Shown in pieces: positions 48,778 to 59,085 of a DNA stretch of 64,000 bases. Under the pieces are notes generated by a model. That model ran no database searches. It worked only from the letters and a program-made list of their open reading frames with translations, and was not told where the DNA came from. Each line of letters begins with the position of its first letter. The first letter of the stretch is position 1. This DNA is from a virus. Its lineage: Duplodnaviria > Caudoviricetes. Made by a program: the position numbers and the translations under genes. The DNA is taken from IMG/VR virus record IMGVR_UViG_3300037067_022526, positions 64,001 to 128,000 of that record, one strand, 5' to 3'.

Positions 48778-49842
48778 TCAATTATTTTCAACTTCTTCTC
48801 CTGAAAATAGCATGTCAGTTTGTTGTCCATATCGATGAATTAATATATGATCGGATGTTGTTCGAATTTTATAAGCATCCAAAGTCGGGAAAGACCTAAT
48901 TATCCTGCCTCTCAAAAAATTGATTAGCATTATGGAATCCGATGACTGGATAACACCAACATCAAATGTTTTATTACCGGATCCGATTCCTTTAATAGCT
49001 AAACTGTCATAGATTACTTTGTCGCTTTTAATTTCCCAGATTATGCTGTCTAGTTTTTCATCGAAGGCCGATATATTTGTTTTGTCGGTAACCAAGTAGT
49101 AGTATGTCTGAGATATTCCCAACAGTCTAGACGTGCTTGAAATAGGAGTGCGAATGCTCTCTGTTTGTTTCCCATTCCATTTTCTTATTGAGTTTTGACT
49201 GAGGTATATTATCCCATTATTTGTGCAAAATATTTTAGGGCTCACCAAAGACGATTCAAACCGGACATTTTTAACCTCGCAAGTTGAATTATTAAATGCA
49301 ATTAAAAATGTCGAATCTAATACTGCATATATTGTGTCATTAAATTGAACGACATCGGTGACCGATTTAAAATTCCAAGTTGATGTTTGTGACACTCTTT
49401 TTTGATTAATAAAATTATAGTTCATAAATTGTATGCCGGTATGAGATTTCGTTCCAAACACTATACAATTATTGTCAGAAGACAAAAATATAGGAGTGAT
49501 AATTTTTCCTAGTTTTGTGTCGAATTTATGATGATATGGCAAATTCCCAGATTTATCAATGAAAATAAACTCATTTCCACTAAATACAAATAAAATTGAG
49601 TCGCCTAAATCCACGTATTCGTAAATGCGGGCGTCTACCGGACAGATAACTCGGGTAATTTCATTCCCGCTGCAATCATCTACCTGAATTGACTGTCCAT
49701 TCTTATATATTATTAAATCACCGGATGCATAGAAAACAGGTCGATGTCTAGACTCAACTGAAACCGTATATGGATTTATAATACATTCACTTATCAAATT
49801 TGCACCTGGTATAAATGGCTGGCTGAGGCTATATAAACCCAA
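48778..49842 (-). CDS. Beta-propeller-like protein
   Basis: Repeating beta-strand pattern; start uncertain. Confidence 0.45.
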   Translation of the reverse strand: MGLYSLSQPFIPGANLISECIINPYTVSVESRHRPVFYASGDLIIYKNGQSIQVDDCSGNEITRVICPVDARIYEYVDLGDSILFVFSGNEFIFIDKSGNLPYHHKFDTKLGKIITPIFLSSDNNCIVFGTKSHTGIQFMNYNFINQKRVSQTSTWNFKSVTDVVQFNDTIYAVLDSTFLIAFNNSTCEVKNVRFESSLVSPKIFCTNNGIIYLSQNSIRKWNGKQTESIRTPISSTSRLLGISQTYYYLVTDKTNISAFDEKLDSIIWEIKSDKVIYDSLAIKGIGSGNKTFDVGVIQSSDSIMLINFLRGRIIRSFPTLDAYKIRTTSDHILIHRYGQQTDMLFSGEEVENN

Positions 49843-50819
49843 TTATCTCTTACAATTGGTTTCCATAACTGGTTTTTCGATAGATTCAAAATTGACAATC
49901 CCTGTTTGTTGAAATCGTATTGGATCAGGTTTCCAGAATCATCCGAAACATATACACTGTCTCCGGATTTTGTGACAGAAGATGCTCCCGGATTTGGTAT
50001 ACTTTTTCGGTCATCTATGCTTCCGGAGTCGATATCAACCACATATATCGATTTACCAGCGAACCAAATTATTTTATCATCATATAATTGTACTGGTGGA
50101 GAACTATTTTTTTCTACTAATATTTTACGGAACATAATTGCGGATTCCTTGTTAATAACTTCCATCGTTCCCATGTTTGATGCATAAGATATATATTTAT
50201 TAGAAATCACAGGGGAATAATTGGACGTTACTTTTAATTCTAGTATGCCATCGATTTCGCACTGGGTATTAATTTTATATACTTTCCTGCCGATGTTTAT
50301 CCAAATGTCGTCTACAAGAACCATTTGATTTACTGTTTCTCCACGAACACTGGGACTTTGTTTCGTTTTTTTGCCGTCTCGCTTGTCGTTATAACAGACA
50401 CAAAACAAGTCGGTGGTAGGTTTTCCACCATTATTAATTGGAATACCACATAAAGAGTATATGCCATCAACGGTTTGGCAAAAATCAATAACGTTCATCA
50501 CTCCGACATCAAAATGTACCAATTCAATGCCTGAGAATTTGTCGATGGCTATAAGTTGGCCAGTATTTGTAACGACGTAAAAACAATTTTCATCAATACA
50601 AGATGGAGTTTGTAATTGATGATTAATCCAAAAAGACCCTAATTTTACAAAGGTATTCGGGTCGAAAGTGACTAATTGACTTGATGACTTGGACAGTACT
50701 AAAGCATTAAAACCTGACTCGTCTAAAAAGTAGTCTAGCAATGTTCCGTTTATTGGAATAGCTTTTTTAAGTTGCATTTGATTTCCAGTATAATATAAAT
50801 GGACATTAGAATTATACAA
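49794..50819 (-). CDS. PQQ-like beta-propeller protein
   Basis: G.L.AID..SG and VYV.D.SG.L blade motifs. Confidence 0.55.
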   Translation of the reverse strand: MYNSNVHLYYTGNQMQLKKAIPINGTLLDYFLDESGFNALVLSKSSSQLVTFDPNTFVKLGSFWINHQLQTPSCIDENCFYVVTNTGQLIAIDKFSGIELVHFDVGVMNVIDFCQTVDGIYSLCGIPINNGGKPTTDLFCVCYNDKRDGKKTKQSPSVRGETVNQMVLVDDIWINIGRKVYKINTQCEIDGILELKVTSNYSPVISNKYISYASNMGTMEVINKESAIMFRKILVEKNSSPPVQLYDDKIIWFAGKSIYVVDIDSGSIDDRKSIPNPGASSVTKSGDSVYVSDDSGNLIQYDFNKQGLSILNLSKNQLWKPIVRDNWVYIASASHLYQVQI

Positions 50820-50823
50820 TCTT

Positions 50824-51489
50824 ATGAGCTGGCTAAAAAGACATGACGCGATTATTCTTTCTCAATCCTCTGAGATACCATACGTTATCTTGGAAAATGG
50901 AGTGTTCTTATGTTTCGATAATTTGTATGGCACTGATGCTTACGATTCGGAACATTCAATTAAGTTTATAGCCTATCCAAATGACATAAGTAGACAAAGC
51001 ACTAATTATTTTAAGCTCAAACAATTTCCAAAAATTATACCGTTCGAAGAAATATTAAGTCTCGATAATATTATCACAAATGGAAAATTGTTAAAAATTG
51101 CACAGGATTTACCAGATGATTCTAAGTCGGTTTTGGTGGCCAAATCCAAATACACTAGGCGGCTGAACGAAAATAAGCTCCAGGATTTTATTGACATGTT
51201 GGATGAATATGACAAAACGTTTTTACTCGTTGGAGATGAAATAGATGAACAATCAAGAATTCTGGAAGATGATATGACTTTGATTCATCATCGAGGATGG
51301 TATCCAACATCTGTGTCTATCGCTCATCATGTCTGCGGCTTGTCTAGTAGGAAGTGGTGCTGGACAAAATCATTGCCAGAATTAGATATAGTTACCTTGG
51401 GACTAAAAGATTCCCAAGAAATGAGAAGAGCGGATGAGTGCTTAAGCAATATAGGAGTTACGAATAAAGAAATAATTTGGCGTGGTTAA
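50824..51489 (+). CDS. Hypothetical protein
   Basis: 221-aa ORF. Confidence 0.6.
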   Translation: MSWLKRHDAIILSQSSEIPYVILENGVFLCFDNLYGTDAYDSEHSIKFIAYPNDISRQSTNYFKLKQFPKIIPFEEILSLDNIITNGKLLKIAQDLPDDSKSVLVAKSKYTRRLNENKLQDFIDMLDEYDKTFLLVGDEIDEQSRILEDDMTLIHHRGWYPTSVSIAHHVCGLSSRKWCWTKSLPELDIVTLGLKDSQEMRRADECLSNIGVTNKEIIWRG

Positions 51490-51527
51490 CTGGTATAATA
51501 TAAAGAATTGAATTTGGATTTGTTCTG

Positions 51528-52958
51528 ATGAAGTTAATAAACACAACTAATAACACAATTTACTTAGACGATTTAGATGAGTATCTGCCATTTGATGATG
51601 GCAAACCATTCGACGTTTCATTTGATAAACTGAAAAAATCCAGATGTCTTCGTAATACAATTCTGTCTGGTGCTCTAAAAATACACGATTATGACCCCAA
51701 TGAACAAATCGAAGCATCTTTGTCTTATATGGTTAATAAGATTAATCAGGAAAGAAAAGTAGAACCTATCCCGAAGGAAGAAGTAGACGATATTTTACCA
51801 ATACCACCATCGTTAATTAAATCAAACTCTGATATAGAAATAAAAGTTCGTGGATTATTTTATGATACCAGTGGCTATGCTAAAGTAAATAGAAACTTGG
51901 TATCTAAATTGGTTCAGATGGGATATAAGGTTAAAGTTGACCCCAAAAAAGGGCAAAATCAACTTGGCGAGCAAGAGCTAAAAAACCTTGTTCCACTTGA
52001 AAAAACCAAAATATCCAGGAATCACATTTTGATTGACAGCATCATACCATCATTTTCAGAAGTTGGCACTGGTAAATATAAGATATTGTATACTACTATT
52101 GAATCATATACTATCCCAAAACAATTTGAAGAGTGCTGCAAATTATATGATGAAATTTGGTTGACTTCGGACTGGAGCGCATCAATTCTGCGAAAGAGCA
52201 TTAAGGATAAACCGATTTATTCGGTTATTACAGGGGTAGATACAGATCTCTACACAGAAAATGGGGCTCAATATGATTTCGGGTCCAGCGTTAAAAAATT
52301 TATTTTCATATCAGTATTTAACTGGGGATATCGTAAGGGACCTGACGTTTTACTAAAGGCTTATTTCGACGAATTTTCATCGAACGATGATGTGACTCTC
52401 TTGATTATGAGCCGATATCAAGGAGGAAGGACTAAGTTCCATAAGGATAAAATCAAATTTGACATAGATGAAATAATGACAAAGTTTCCCAACAAAGATA
52501 TGCCGCATGTTGTTAGGTTTAGTCAGCAACTATCTGAAAAAGATATGCCAAAGTTATATCGATCAGCACATGCTTTTATTTTGACTTCGCGGGGAGAAGG
52601 CGGTTGCTTAACTCCATTAGAGGCAAGTATGTGCGGAATGCCTGTTATTATGACCAATTGCAGCGGACAACAAGGGTATCTTCGTCCAGATAATTCATAT
52701 ATGATAGAAATTGATAGATTGAAAGAGATTCAACCCGGGCAGATGGGTCTCCATTACTGGGATGGACAGCAGTTCCCAGATTTGACATCGAACAAAGTGC
52801 ATGACCAAGTTAAACGGGCAATGCGATCTGTTTATGAAAATTATGCAGAAGCAAAGAATAGAAATCGCAATATGCAAAAATTTATTCTAGAGAATTTTAC
52901 TTGGAATCACACTGCAAATGCTGCTGCGGAAAGGATCAATGACATTGCAAGGAGGTAA
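51528..52958 (+). CDS. GT4-like glycosyltransferase with N-terminal extension
   Basis: SGYA, RKGPDVLLKAY, SRGEG..L.PLEA..CG.PVI.T. Confidence 0.88.
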   Translation: MKLINTTNNTIYLDDLDEYLPFDDGKPFDVSFDKLKKSRCLRNTILSGALKIHDYDPNEQIEASLSYMVNKINQERKVEPIPKEEVDDILPIPPSLIKSNSDIEIKVRGLFYDTSGYAKVNRNLVSKLVQMGYKVKVDPKKGQNQLGEQELKNLVPLEKTKISRNHILIDSIIPSFSEVGTGKYKILYTTIESYTIPKQFEECCKLYDEIWLTSDWSASILRKSIKDKPIYSVITGVDTDLYTENGAQYDFGSSVKKFIFISVFNWGYRKGPDVLLKAYFDEFSSNDDVTLLIMSRYQGGRTKFHKDKIKFDIDEIMTKFPNKDMPHVVRFSQQLSEKDMPKLYRSAHAFILTSRGEGGCLTPLEASMCGMPVIMTNCSGQQGYLRPDNSYMIEIDRLKEIQPGQMGLHYWDGQQFPDLTSNKVHDQVKRAMRSVYENYAEAKNRNRNMQKFILENFTWNHTANAAAERINDIARR

Positions 52959-52961
52959 AAT

Positions 52962-53591
52962 ATGATAATTGTATTTTATAATGCTAATCAAGAAAAAGTG
53001 TATATCTGTGACACAAACAATAAAACTACAGTTGTTGATGCTAACGACACAAGAGTGTTTGATAATATACCCAACGATGACATTCTCTATGTAACAAATG
53101 GACATTATTTTACTAAACAGCAGTTTCTTGATTGGATGGCAGGAGAATATAAAATTAATGATGCCACTAATACGAGCAAATATGCTGGAATAATGAATGA
53201 TAGTCCGGTCAACGCAAATACTGGTGTGCCTCAAAAGCCTCGGAAATATATTCATGCCACGGCTAATGGTGTTGTGCTGATTGAAGACCTAAATCCACCT
53301 GTAATGCTCGAAGGAAAATGGGATTTTATAGCAGTAGATACCATTGGAGAAGAAAACCTAGAAAACAGTGCATTCTTCAGAACTCTGCTAAAGCGAGGCA
53401 AAATCGCTTATGTTGACGAGAAATATGTTGTAGAAAACCAGCATAAGAAGAAGACCAAAAAATCTCCAACCGAAGCAGCGTTAGATAAGATACTGATAAA
53501 AGACTCTACTCCTGGAGCGGCAGATAAAGTAGCCTCCTCTGGAGGAATGTCAAATGGCGACGACGTTGCAATACCGATAATAATTGAGTAA
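52962..53591 (+). CDS. Hypothetical protein
   Basis: AGGAGG SD. Confidence 0.65.
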   Translation: MIIVFYNANQEKVYICDTNNKTTVVDANDTRVFDNIPNDDILYVTNGHYFTKQQFLDWMAGEYKINDATNTSKYAGIMNDSPVNANTGVPQKPRKYIHATANGVVLIEDLNPPVMLEGKWDFIAVDTIGEENLENSAFFRTLLKRGKIAYVDEKYVVENQHKKKTKKSPTEAALDKILIKDSTPGAADKVASSGGMSNGDDVAIPIIIE

Positions 53592-53619
53592 TAAGTAAAC
53601 AATTAAACAGGAGCAGTGA

Positions 53620-53967
53620 ATGAGAGAAGTTAGTAGGGAACATCAATTAGGCAGAATTTTAGCATCCAAATGGATGACTGTATTGAAATTTACACTTGAC
53701 TTAGAAGAGTTCTCTTACAAAGAAAATGGACGAGATGATCCAAAATACAAGTTTTTTAAGAAACAATTAATGTCGCATTCATATGATGTATTCAGGCGTC
53801 TAATGGAGGAACTAGAAGATATTGGAATACTCCAAGAAACCGAATACGATGAAGACATCAAGCAGGGATACCAGGATAACGACAGTGGCGGATCGGGATA
53901 TTTGAATACCGACAGTTTTAATGGCTGGATAAAAAGAGAGGTCGCTAAACTCAAAGAATCAGATTGA
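53620..53967 (+). CDS. Hypothetical protein
   Basis: AGGAG SD. Confidence 0.6.
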   Translation: MREVSREHQLGRILASKWMTVLKFTLDLEEFSYKENGRDDPKYKFFKKQLMSHSYDVFRRLMEELEDIGILQETEYDEDIKQGYQDNDSGGSGYLNTDSFNGWIKREVAKLKESD

Positions 53968-53982
53968 ATTGATTGCGATTAT

Positions 53983-56223
53983 TTAATAGTCACTTCTTGA
54001 CTGCTCTCTATTGTAAGTGTTATTATGTATTGTCGCGCCTCTAGATGTTTTAGTTTCAGTCCATTGAGGATTTGAGGTTCGCACAGTGGCTCCTTTGCTT
54101 GTTTTGGTGACAGTCGTGTTATCTCTGTGCTTTCCGCCTACCACTCTGATTTCACCAGTTAAGTCCAAATAGTTCCAATCGCTCCAACCAGCATTGTCTA
54201 CATTTGTTCTGATGTAATAATTTTTTGTTCTATCTATCCAAAGATTAATGTAATTGGTCCCATAGGATAATAAATTCCCATTAATAACATTGGGTATTGA
54301 AATTGTTTGAGCCTCTTTTGATGTTTGGTCTTCACTTCTGATCTGCCATATCATAGAATCAGTATAATCTGTGTCAGAAACCAGTTTTACTTCATTATTT
54401 TTGAAGGTTTGATTGGAAACGGCCGCAAATTCTTCGTACTGCACTTGTCCTATTATGTCAAAAGAGTTTGAAGTAGCGGAAGTAGAACCTACTGTAGCTA
54501 TTAGATGATGTGTCCCAAAACCATCAATTTTTAAATCATCAAAAGTGGCAATTCCATCAACTATTTCCTTAATCAGTGTTCCTGTTAAAGTTCCGATGCC
54601 AGACATCGACATTGTTACGGCAGTGGTAGAACCTATAGAATCCGATATATTGCCGTATTCATCATAAACTGTAACAGTTACGGTTGGCAAGGTTCTATTT
54701 TTTAATGTGTCTTGTGGTTGTACTGAAAAGGATAAAAATGCGGTTGATAGGCTTTTTATCTCGAAACTTCCACCCAATTCCCATGCCACTCCAACTCCCA
54801 CAGGAGCAAAATCACTTCCGTTCAATCTCATATATATTTTATCTGCGTCTGATTGAGTATAAAATTCAGTATTATCATGATCTGATTTTAAATTAACCAC
54901 ATATGGGCAATCATCTGGATAAAAATAGGCAGATTTTGAAGTAACTGCCTTAGTTTCCTCACCTATTGTATAATGCGTTGTATCACCTGATAATTTAACA
55001 TACCCGGTTAATGCTAGTAATAAATCAGCAGAGCCAGATGTCCCCAATGACCACGAAGGTAAATAAATAGTGTAAGCAGGAGATGCCGATTGCCATGTTA
55101 TTGTCGATGTCGTGGCAACACCAGAGCTTGTATATGTGTACGTATAAGACACTTCTGTCACTCCAGCGCCTGCCGGTCCACATGTTCCTGAATATGTTAC
55201 AACAATTTCATCTGCTTCAATAATAGAATCATAAGCAGGACCACCGCTACCCGGGTCTGTCAATGGGTCTGGATATGCCGCTCCGTCTGTAGTAATAACT
55301 GGTGTTATTGAAAGGGTTAATTCATTATTATCTGCGACAACGAAATGGAATCCATCTCCTGTCCATCGGGCAACGCCAGACCCATTATTTTGGTTCGCGG
55401 TAGTGTGTATCACGTTGGGTTTTACTAATCTATAACAACCACGAGAATATGTCGTTGGAATGTGTGAGTGAGTGTTAGTCCCTGATCCCGCGACAGAGTA
55501 CTGGATTGAAGTTCCATCATGATATAAGGCAAAGTGCCTATTGCCTTCAATATAACCATCGATATTTACTTCTGTCGGGTCTGCCTCTCTATCGGTATCA
55601 AAAGTCAGAACGGCAATTAAGAAAAACGATTTTGCTCCATCACTACCTAATGAAATTTTAATTGATCTATCTGCGTCGGTTGGATCTACCGTAACAACAT
55701 AGTCCCCAATCCTGCCAGCAGTGGCATACGTTGGCGGAGTGAATGTGCCTATAGCGTTATATACTCCTGGTGAAGCAGGTGTGCCAACGGATAATAGCAC
55801 AGTAACATCTTTACCCGGAGTTGGGCGAGGATTATGTCTGATAGCAATAGTATCGTAACCTGCTGGTAAAGTGCACAGTGCATAATCAACATCTGCTGCC
55901 GCGTGTCCTGTCCATCGTTCTACGTGCCCACTTGCTGGGCCAGATGCGGTAACTGCCGCCAGAGACCAGGCTGCCGCAGCATTATTTATATATTCAGTTA
56001 TACGGCCATTGTTCACCGTTTGAAACCTACATGCTCTTACTACTCCAGCGGTTACTGAATGTATCGGAAGAACTTTCCATGCAGCATCAGCGGTAGGATT
56101 AGTATTAAGCAGTTCTGGAGGCATTAAACCATAACAGACCCATTCATTGGTGCCCACCAATGGAGCATAAATGTCGTATCCGCGCCAATGGTCTGACCTT
56201 CTAATTATAGATATTTTGGACAT
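53983..56223 (-). CDS. Large Thr/Ser/Gly-rich beta protein with Ig-like domain, probable virion/tail component
   Basis: FSVQP..VTVYD.YGN..G.ATF.DL Ig-like motif; composition. Confidence 0.55.
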   Translation of the reverse strand: MSKISIIRRSDHWRGYDIYAPLVGTNEWVCYGLMPPELLNTNPTADAAWKVLPIHSVTAGVVRACRFQTVNNGRITEYINNAAAAWSLAAVTASGPASGHVERWTGHAAADVDYALCTLPAGYDTIAIRHNPRPTPGKDVTVLLSVGTPASPGVYNAIGTFTPPTYATAGRIGDYVVTVDPTDADRSIKISLGSDGAKSFFLIAVLTFDTDREADPTEVNIDGYIEGNRHFALYHDGTSIQYSVAGSGTNTHSHIPTTYSRGCYRLVKPNVIHTTANQNNGSGVARWTGDGFHFVVADNNELTLSITPVITTDGAAYPDPLTDPGSGGPAYDSIIEADEIVVTYSGTCGPAGAGVTEVSYTYTYTSSGVATTSTITWQSASPAYTIYLPSWSLGTSGSADLLLALTGYVKLSGDTTHYTIGEETKAVTSKSAYFYPDDCPYVVNLKSDHDNTEFYTQSDADKIYMRLNGSDFAPVGVGVAWELGGSFEIKSLSTAFLSFSVQPQDTLKNRTLPTVTVTVYDEYGNISDSIGSTTAVTMSMSGIGTLTGTLIKEIVDGIATFDDLKIDGFGTHHLIATVGSTSATSNSFDIIGQVQYEEFAAVSNQTFKNNEVKLVSDTDYTDSMIWQIRSEDQTSKEAQTISIPNVINGNLLSYGTNYINLWIDRTKNYYIRTNVDNAGWSDWNYLDLTGEIRVVGGKHRDNTTVTKTSKGATVRTSNPQWTETKTSRGATIHNNTYNREQSRSDY

Positions 56224-56361
56224 AATCTCTCTCCAAATTTTAAGCAAACCCGCCAATCTGATGCGGCTATTAATAAACCCATACGTTAGTTGCACAAATT
56301 ATTAAACAAATCCTTTGCAAATTTTAGAGGAGCGCTATTACATTTTGCACAAATTTATTAT

Positions 56362-57273
56362 ATGACAAGTCGATTACAAATCATATTGCCTCCAATGAAT
56401 CCCGAGATCGTCGTGGAATTATTTGGCGAAGTCTATGATTGGGGATTAAGAGATCTGCATATACCTGAAATACATAAACAGACAATGGGGGAAGGTGTTA
56501 CCATTGCTGTCATTGACAGTGGAAAAAGTGAACATTTTGAAATGAAAAACAATATTATAGGAGAGAAGAATTTTTCAAAATCTCCGGTTGTCGAAGACAG
56601 AGTAGGACATGGCACTGCTACATCTGGAATTATAGCAGCCGGGATCAATGGTGAGGGTATTATTGGAGTTGCACCAAAAGGTAAAATTTACTTTATTAAG
56701 GCAATTGATGACAGTGGTTGTGGATCCCCATCAGCGCTTACTAATGGAATACGATGGGCTACTGATCAGAAAGTAGATATTATTTCTATTTCAGCCGGAA
56801 TGTTCAGTGATTTCGCCCCGATGAGAGATGCCGTCATAAGGGCTTATGATAATAATATTATTATAGTAGCTGCGGTTGGGAACACGGGAAATCGGTATTA
56901 TGACGTAGCATTCCCAGCCAGATACCCACAAGTTATAGGAATAGCAGCATATGATCCAAATCATAAAGTTGCTACGTTTTCATCAAGAGGCGCTAATATA
57001 TCTTTTGCCGCTCCGGGAGTGGATATTTATTCTACGTGGCTTAACAACCAATATTGCAAGCAAAGCGGAAGCAGTTTTGCGGCTCCAATTATGTCGGGCA
57101 TCTGTGCCCTGATTCTGTCCAAACATAAGTATTCTGGCGTTAAATCAGCTACGCCATGTGAAACTCCAAAACAAATGATGGAGCATCTACAGAAATATGC
57201 AATAAACATAGGGGAGAGAAATGCAGTGGGATTTGGAATGCTAGATACCAGATCTATGTTCCAGGAAGATTAA
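56362..57273 (+). CDS. Subtilisin-like S8 protease
   Basis: VIDSG, GHGTATSGII, AAVGN, SGSSFAAP. Confidence 0.93.
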   Translation: MTSRLQIILPPMNPEIVVELFGEVYDWGLRDLHIPEIHKQTMGEGVTIAVIDSGKSEHFEMKNNIIGEKNFSKSPVVEDRVGHGTATSGIIAAGINGEGIIGVAPKGKIYFIKAIDDSGCGSPSALTNGIRWATDQKVDIISISAGMFSDFAPMRDAVIRAYDNNIIIVAAVGNTGNRYYDVAFPARYPQVIGIAAYDPNHKVATFSSRGANISFAAPGVDIYSTWLNNQYCKQSGSSFAAPIMSGICALILSKHKYSGVKSATPCETPKQMMEHLQKYAINIGERNAVGFGMLDTRSMFQED

Positions 57274-57278
57274 GATTA

Positions 57279-57315
57279 GAGAATCTGTGGGACTTTAGTC
57301 CCTGCGGAGTGTCAA
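57279..57315 (+). mobile_element. IS200/IS605-type right-end remnant (copy 1)
   Basis: GAATC-GGGACTTTAGTCCC hairpin-GGAGTGTCAA terminus. Confidence 0.65.
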
Positions 57316-57319
57316 AAAC

Positions 57320-58735
57320 ATGGATATATCAAATGTTAAATTCAGAGGAGACTGCACGATATGGGGTATGGGCGTTTCGTCTGTGAGATGCACAAGGGAT
57401 AACGGCTTTAAAGTCTCAACGACCGGTAGCCATTTTAGATACAATACAGGCAAATTGCGCATATACCAAGGTTTGTCTCTTACCCGCAGATTAATTGCAA
57501 CTATATTTTTTGATAATGGAACTGTTTTTACGATGGAAGAATCCACGCCAGATCATGTACTTTATTCATCAGAAAAAGTTAATATAGGCATTTATGGCGA
57601 CTCAACCCTTATAATATCCCCCAAAGAGGACGTGCATTTAGCCATTAAGGGTAATTTTGTTCCAGACTATGAAGGAACATACAGTGGTGAATTATTACTA
57701 ATTGACAGTCTTGGTGGCATTTCAATAGCTCCTCAACGATACGAAAGTGGATATTCAACTGACAGAGTACTCTTGCAGAGAAAATATTGGCTAGTTGAAT
57801 ATAATTTATTAGCAAATAATAGGATGATGATTGCTGCATTTCCTGGTAAATCATTTGATTTTGACAGATCATTCCATTCCGAATCAATTTTTGTATATGG
57901 TGCTCGTGACCCACAATATGCTAACCCATTCGGAGAAATGCCGCCAGATGATATCATTGTTCAAATGAGTAATAAATTTAATTTTATAATCTCACATCAT
58001 TTAGGATTGTATGTGAATTCTAAACCAGCCCCATTTAACGTTGTTAATAAACCCGAATTCGCAAGGTTTGTCAATACCGCACAATCCAATGGAATAAAAG
58101 TTGCGGCATATTCATCACTGTTTTATGATTATAAGCTTAACGCACCGACGGAAGGACACGATACATCTGTAAACATGTATATTCAGCATGTTCAGAACTT
58201 AGTCAATCAATTTGGCATTCAGGCTATTTATGTTGATGGTCTTCTGCCTGATGCAGATGGCCGGTTATATGATAATAAAATAACCAGTTGGGAAGTTATT
58301 CGAATTCTGAGAGAGATGTTTGGCCCAGAAGGCGGTATTATATTCCACGGCACTCACAGAGGGCTTCCCAACGCAACTATGCCGAATGTTGATGTATATT
58401 GTTCTGTTGTAATATATGGGGAGAGCGTCCCTGTATATACCCTGAACGACCCATATGTGTTATATCAAATCAGAAAGTATGGAATCTCAAATGCAGTTGG
58501 ATATTGGTATTGTATGACAACAAGAGAGCGAAAGAATAATTTAACTATTAATCAATGTATGGACAAATCTCTTGAGATGAATTGTAGGGGATATAGTTTC
58601 AGCTCTATGATTCCAAATCCAAATACTAATTTAATTGAATGGGGCAATGGGTTCGATGGAGTTGGATTTTATCAGCATTATGATTCACAGCTAGCGATAA
58701 AAAAAGAGGAGTATTTGAATGCTACGGTCGAATAG
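57320..58735 (+). CDS. Hypothetical protein with a possible glycoside-hydrolase-like TIM barrel
   Basis: FV..AQ.NGIKV.AY, FGI.AIYVDG pattern. Confidence 0.5.
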   Translation: MDISNVKFRGDCTIWGMGVSSVRCTRDNGFKVSTTGSHFRYNTGKLRIYQGLSLTRRLIATIFFDNGTVFTMEESTPDHVLYSSEKVNIGIYGDSTLIISPKEDVHLAIKGNFVPDYEGTYSGELLLIDSLGGISIAPQRYESGYSTDRVLLQRKYWLVEYNLLANNRMMIAAFPGKSFDFDRSFHSESIFVYGARDPQYANPFGEMPPDDIIVQMSNKFNFIISHHLGLYVNSKPAPFNVVNKPEFARFVNTAQSNGIKVAAYSSLFYDYKLNAPTEGHDTSVNMYIQHVQNLVNQFGIQAIYVDGLLPDADGRLYDNKITSWEVIRILREMFGPEGGIIFHGTHRGLPNATMPNVDVYCSVVIYGESVPVYTLNDPYVLYQIRKYGISNAVGYWYCMTTRERKNNLTINQCMDKSLEMNCRGYSFSSMIPNPNTNLIEWGNGFDGVGFYQHYDSQLAIKKEEYLNATVE

Positions 58736-58780
58736 TAAATTACCCAAAAACTGTGGGAATGCTACAGGGTTTCATAAGTC

Positions 58781-58861
58781 TGCTAGAAATATCTTAGCTA
58801 AGGGATTAGCAATTTTGGATGAAGGAAGAATCCGTGGGGTTTAGCCCCTGCGGAGTGTCAA
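58781..58861 (+). mobile_element. IS605 tnpB 3' remnant plus right end (copy 2)
   Basis: Encodes ARNILAKGLAIL (TnpB C-terminal NAAxNI..GL pattern), then GAATCC-GGGGTTTAGCCCC-GGAGTGTCAA. Confidence 0.7.
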
Positions 58862-59085
58862 TTTCCTAGAGGATTATAAATGTTAAAAATAGAGACACAA
58901 TCGTCATTAGGAGTGGAATTAGTCGATTCGGCAAATAGAGCTAAATTACAATACTCTTTTAATAGTGGAAAAGTGGTTTTGAGTTCACATTCAATATCAG
59001 ATGATTTAAAAATTTTTGATACTATACAAGATGCAATTAAATACTTGAGATCTCTTGATAAATTCAGTGCCCCGGAGAAATTATA

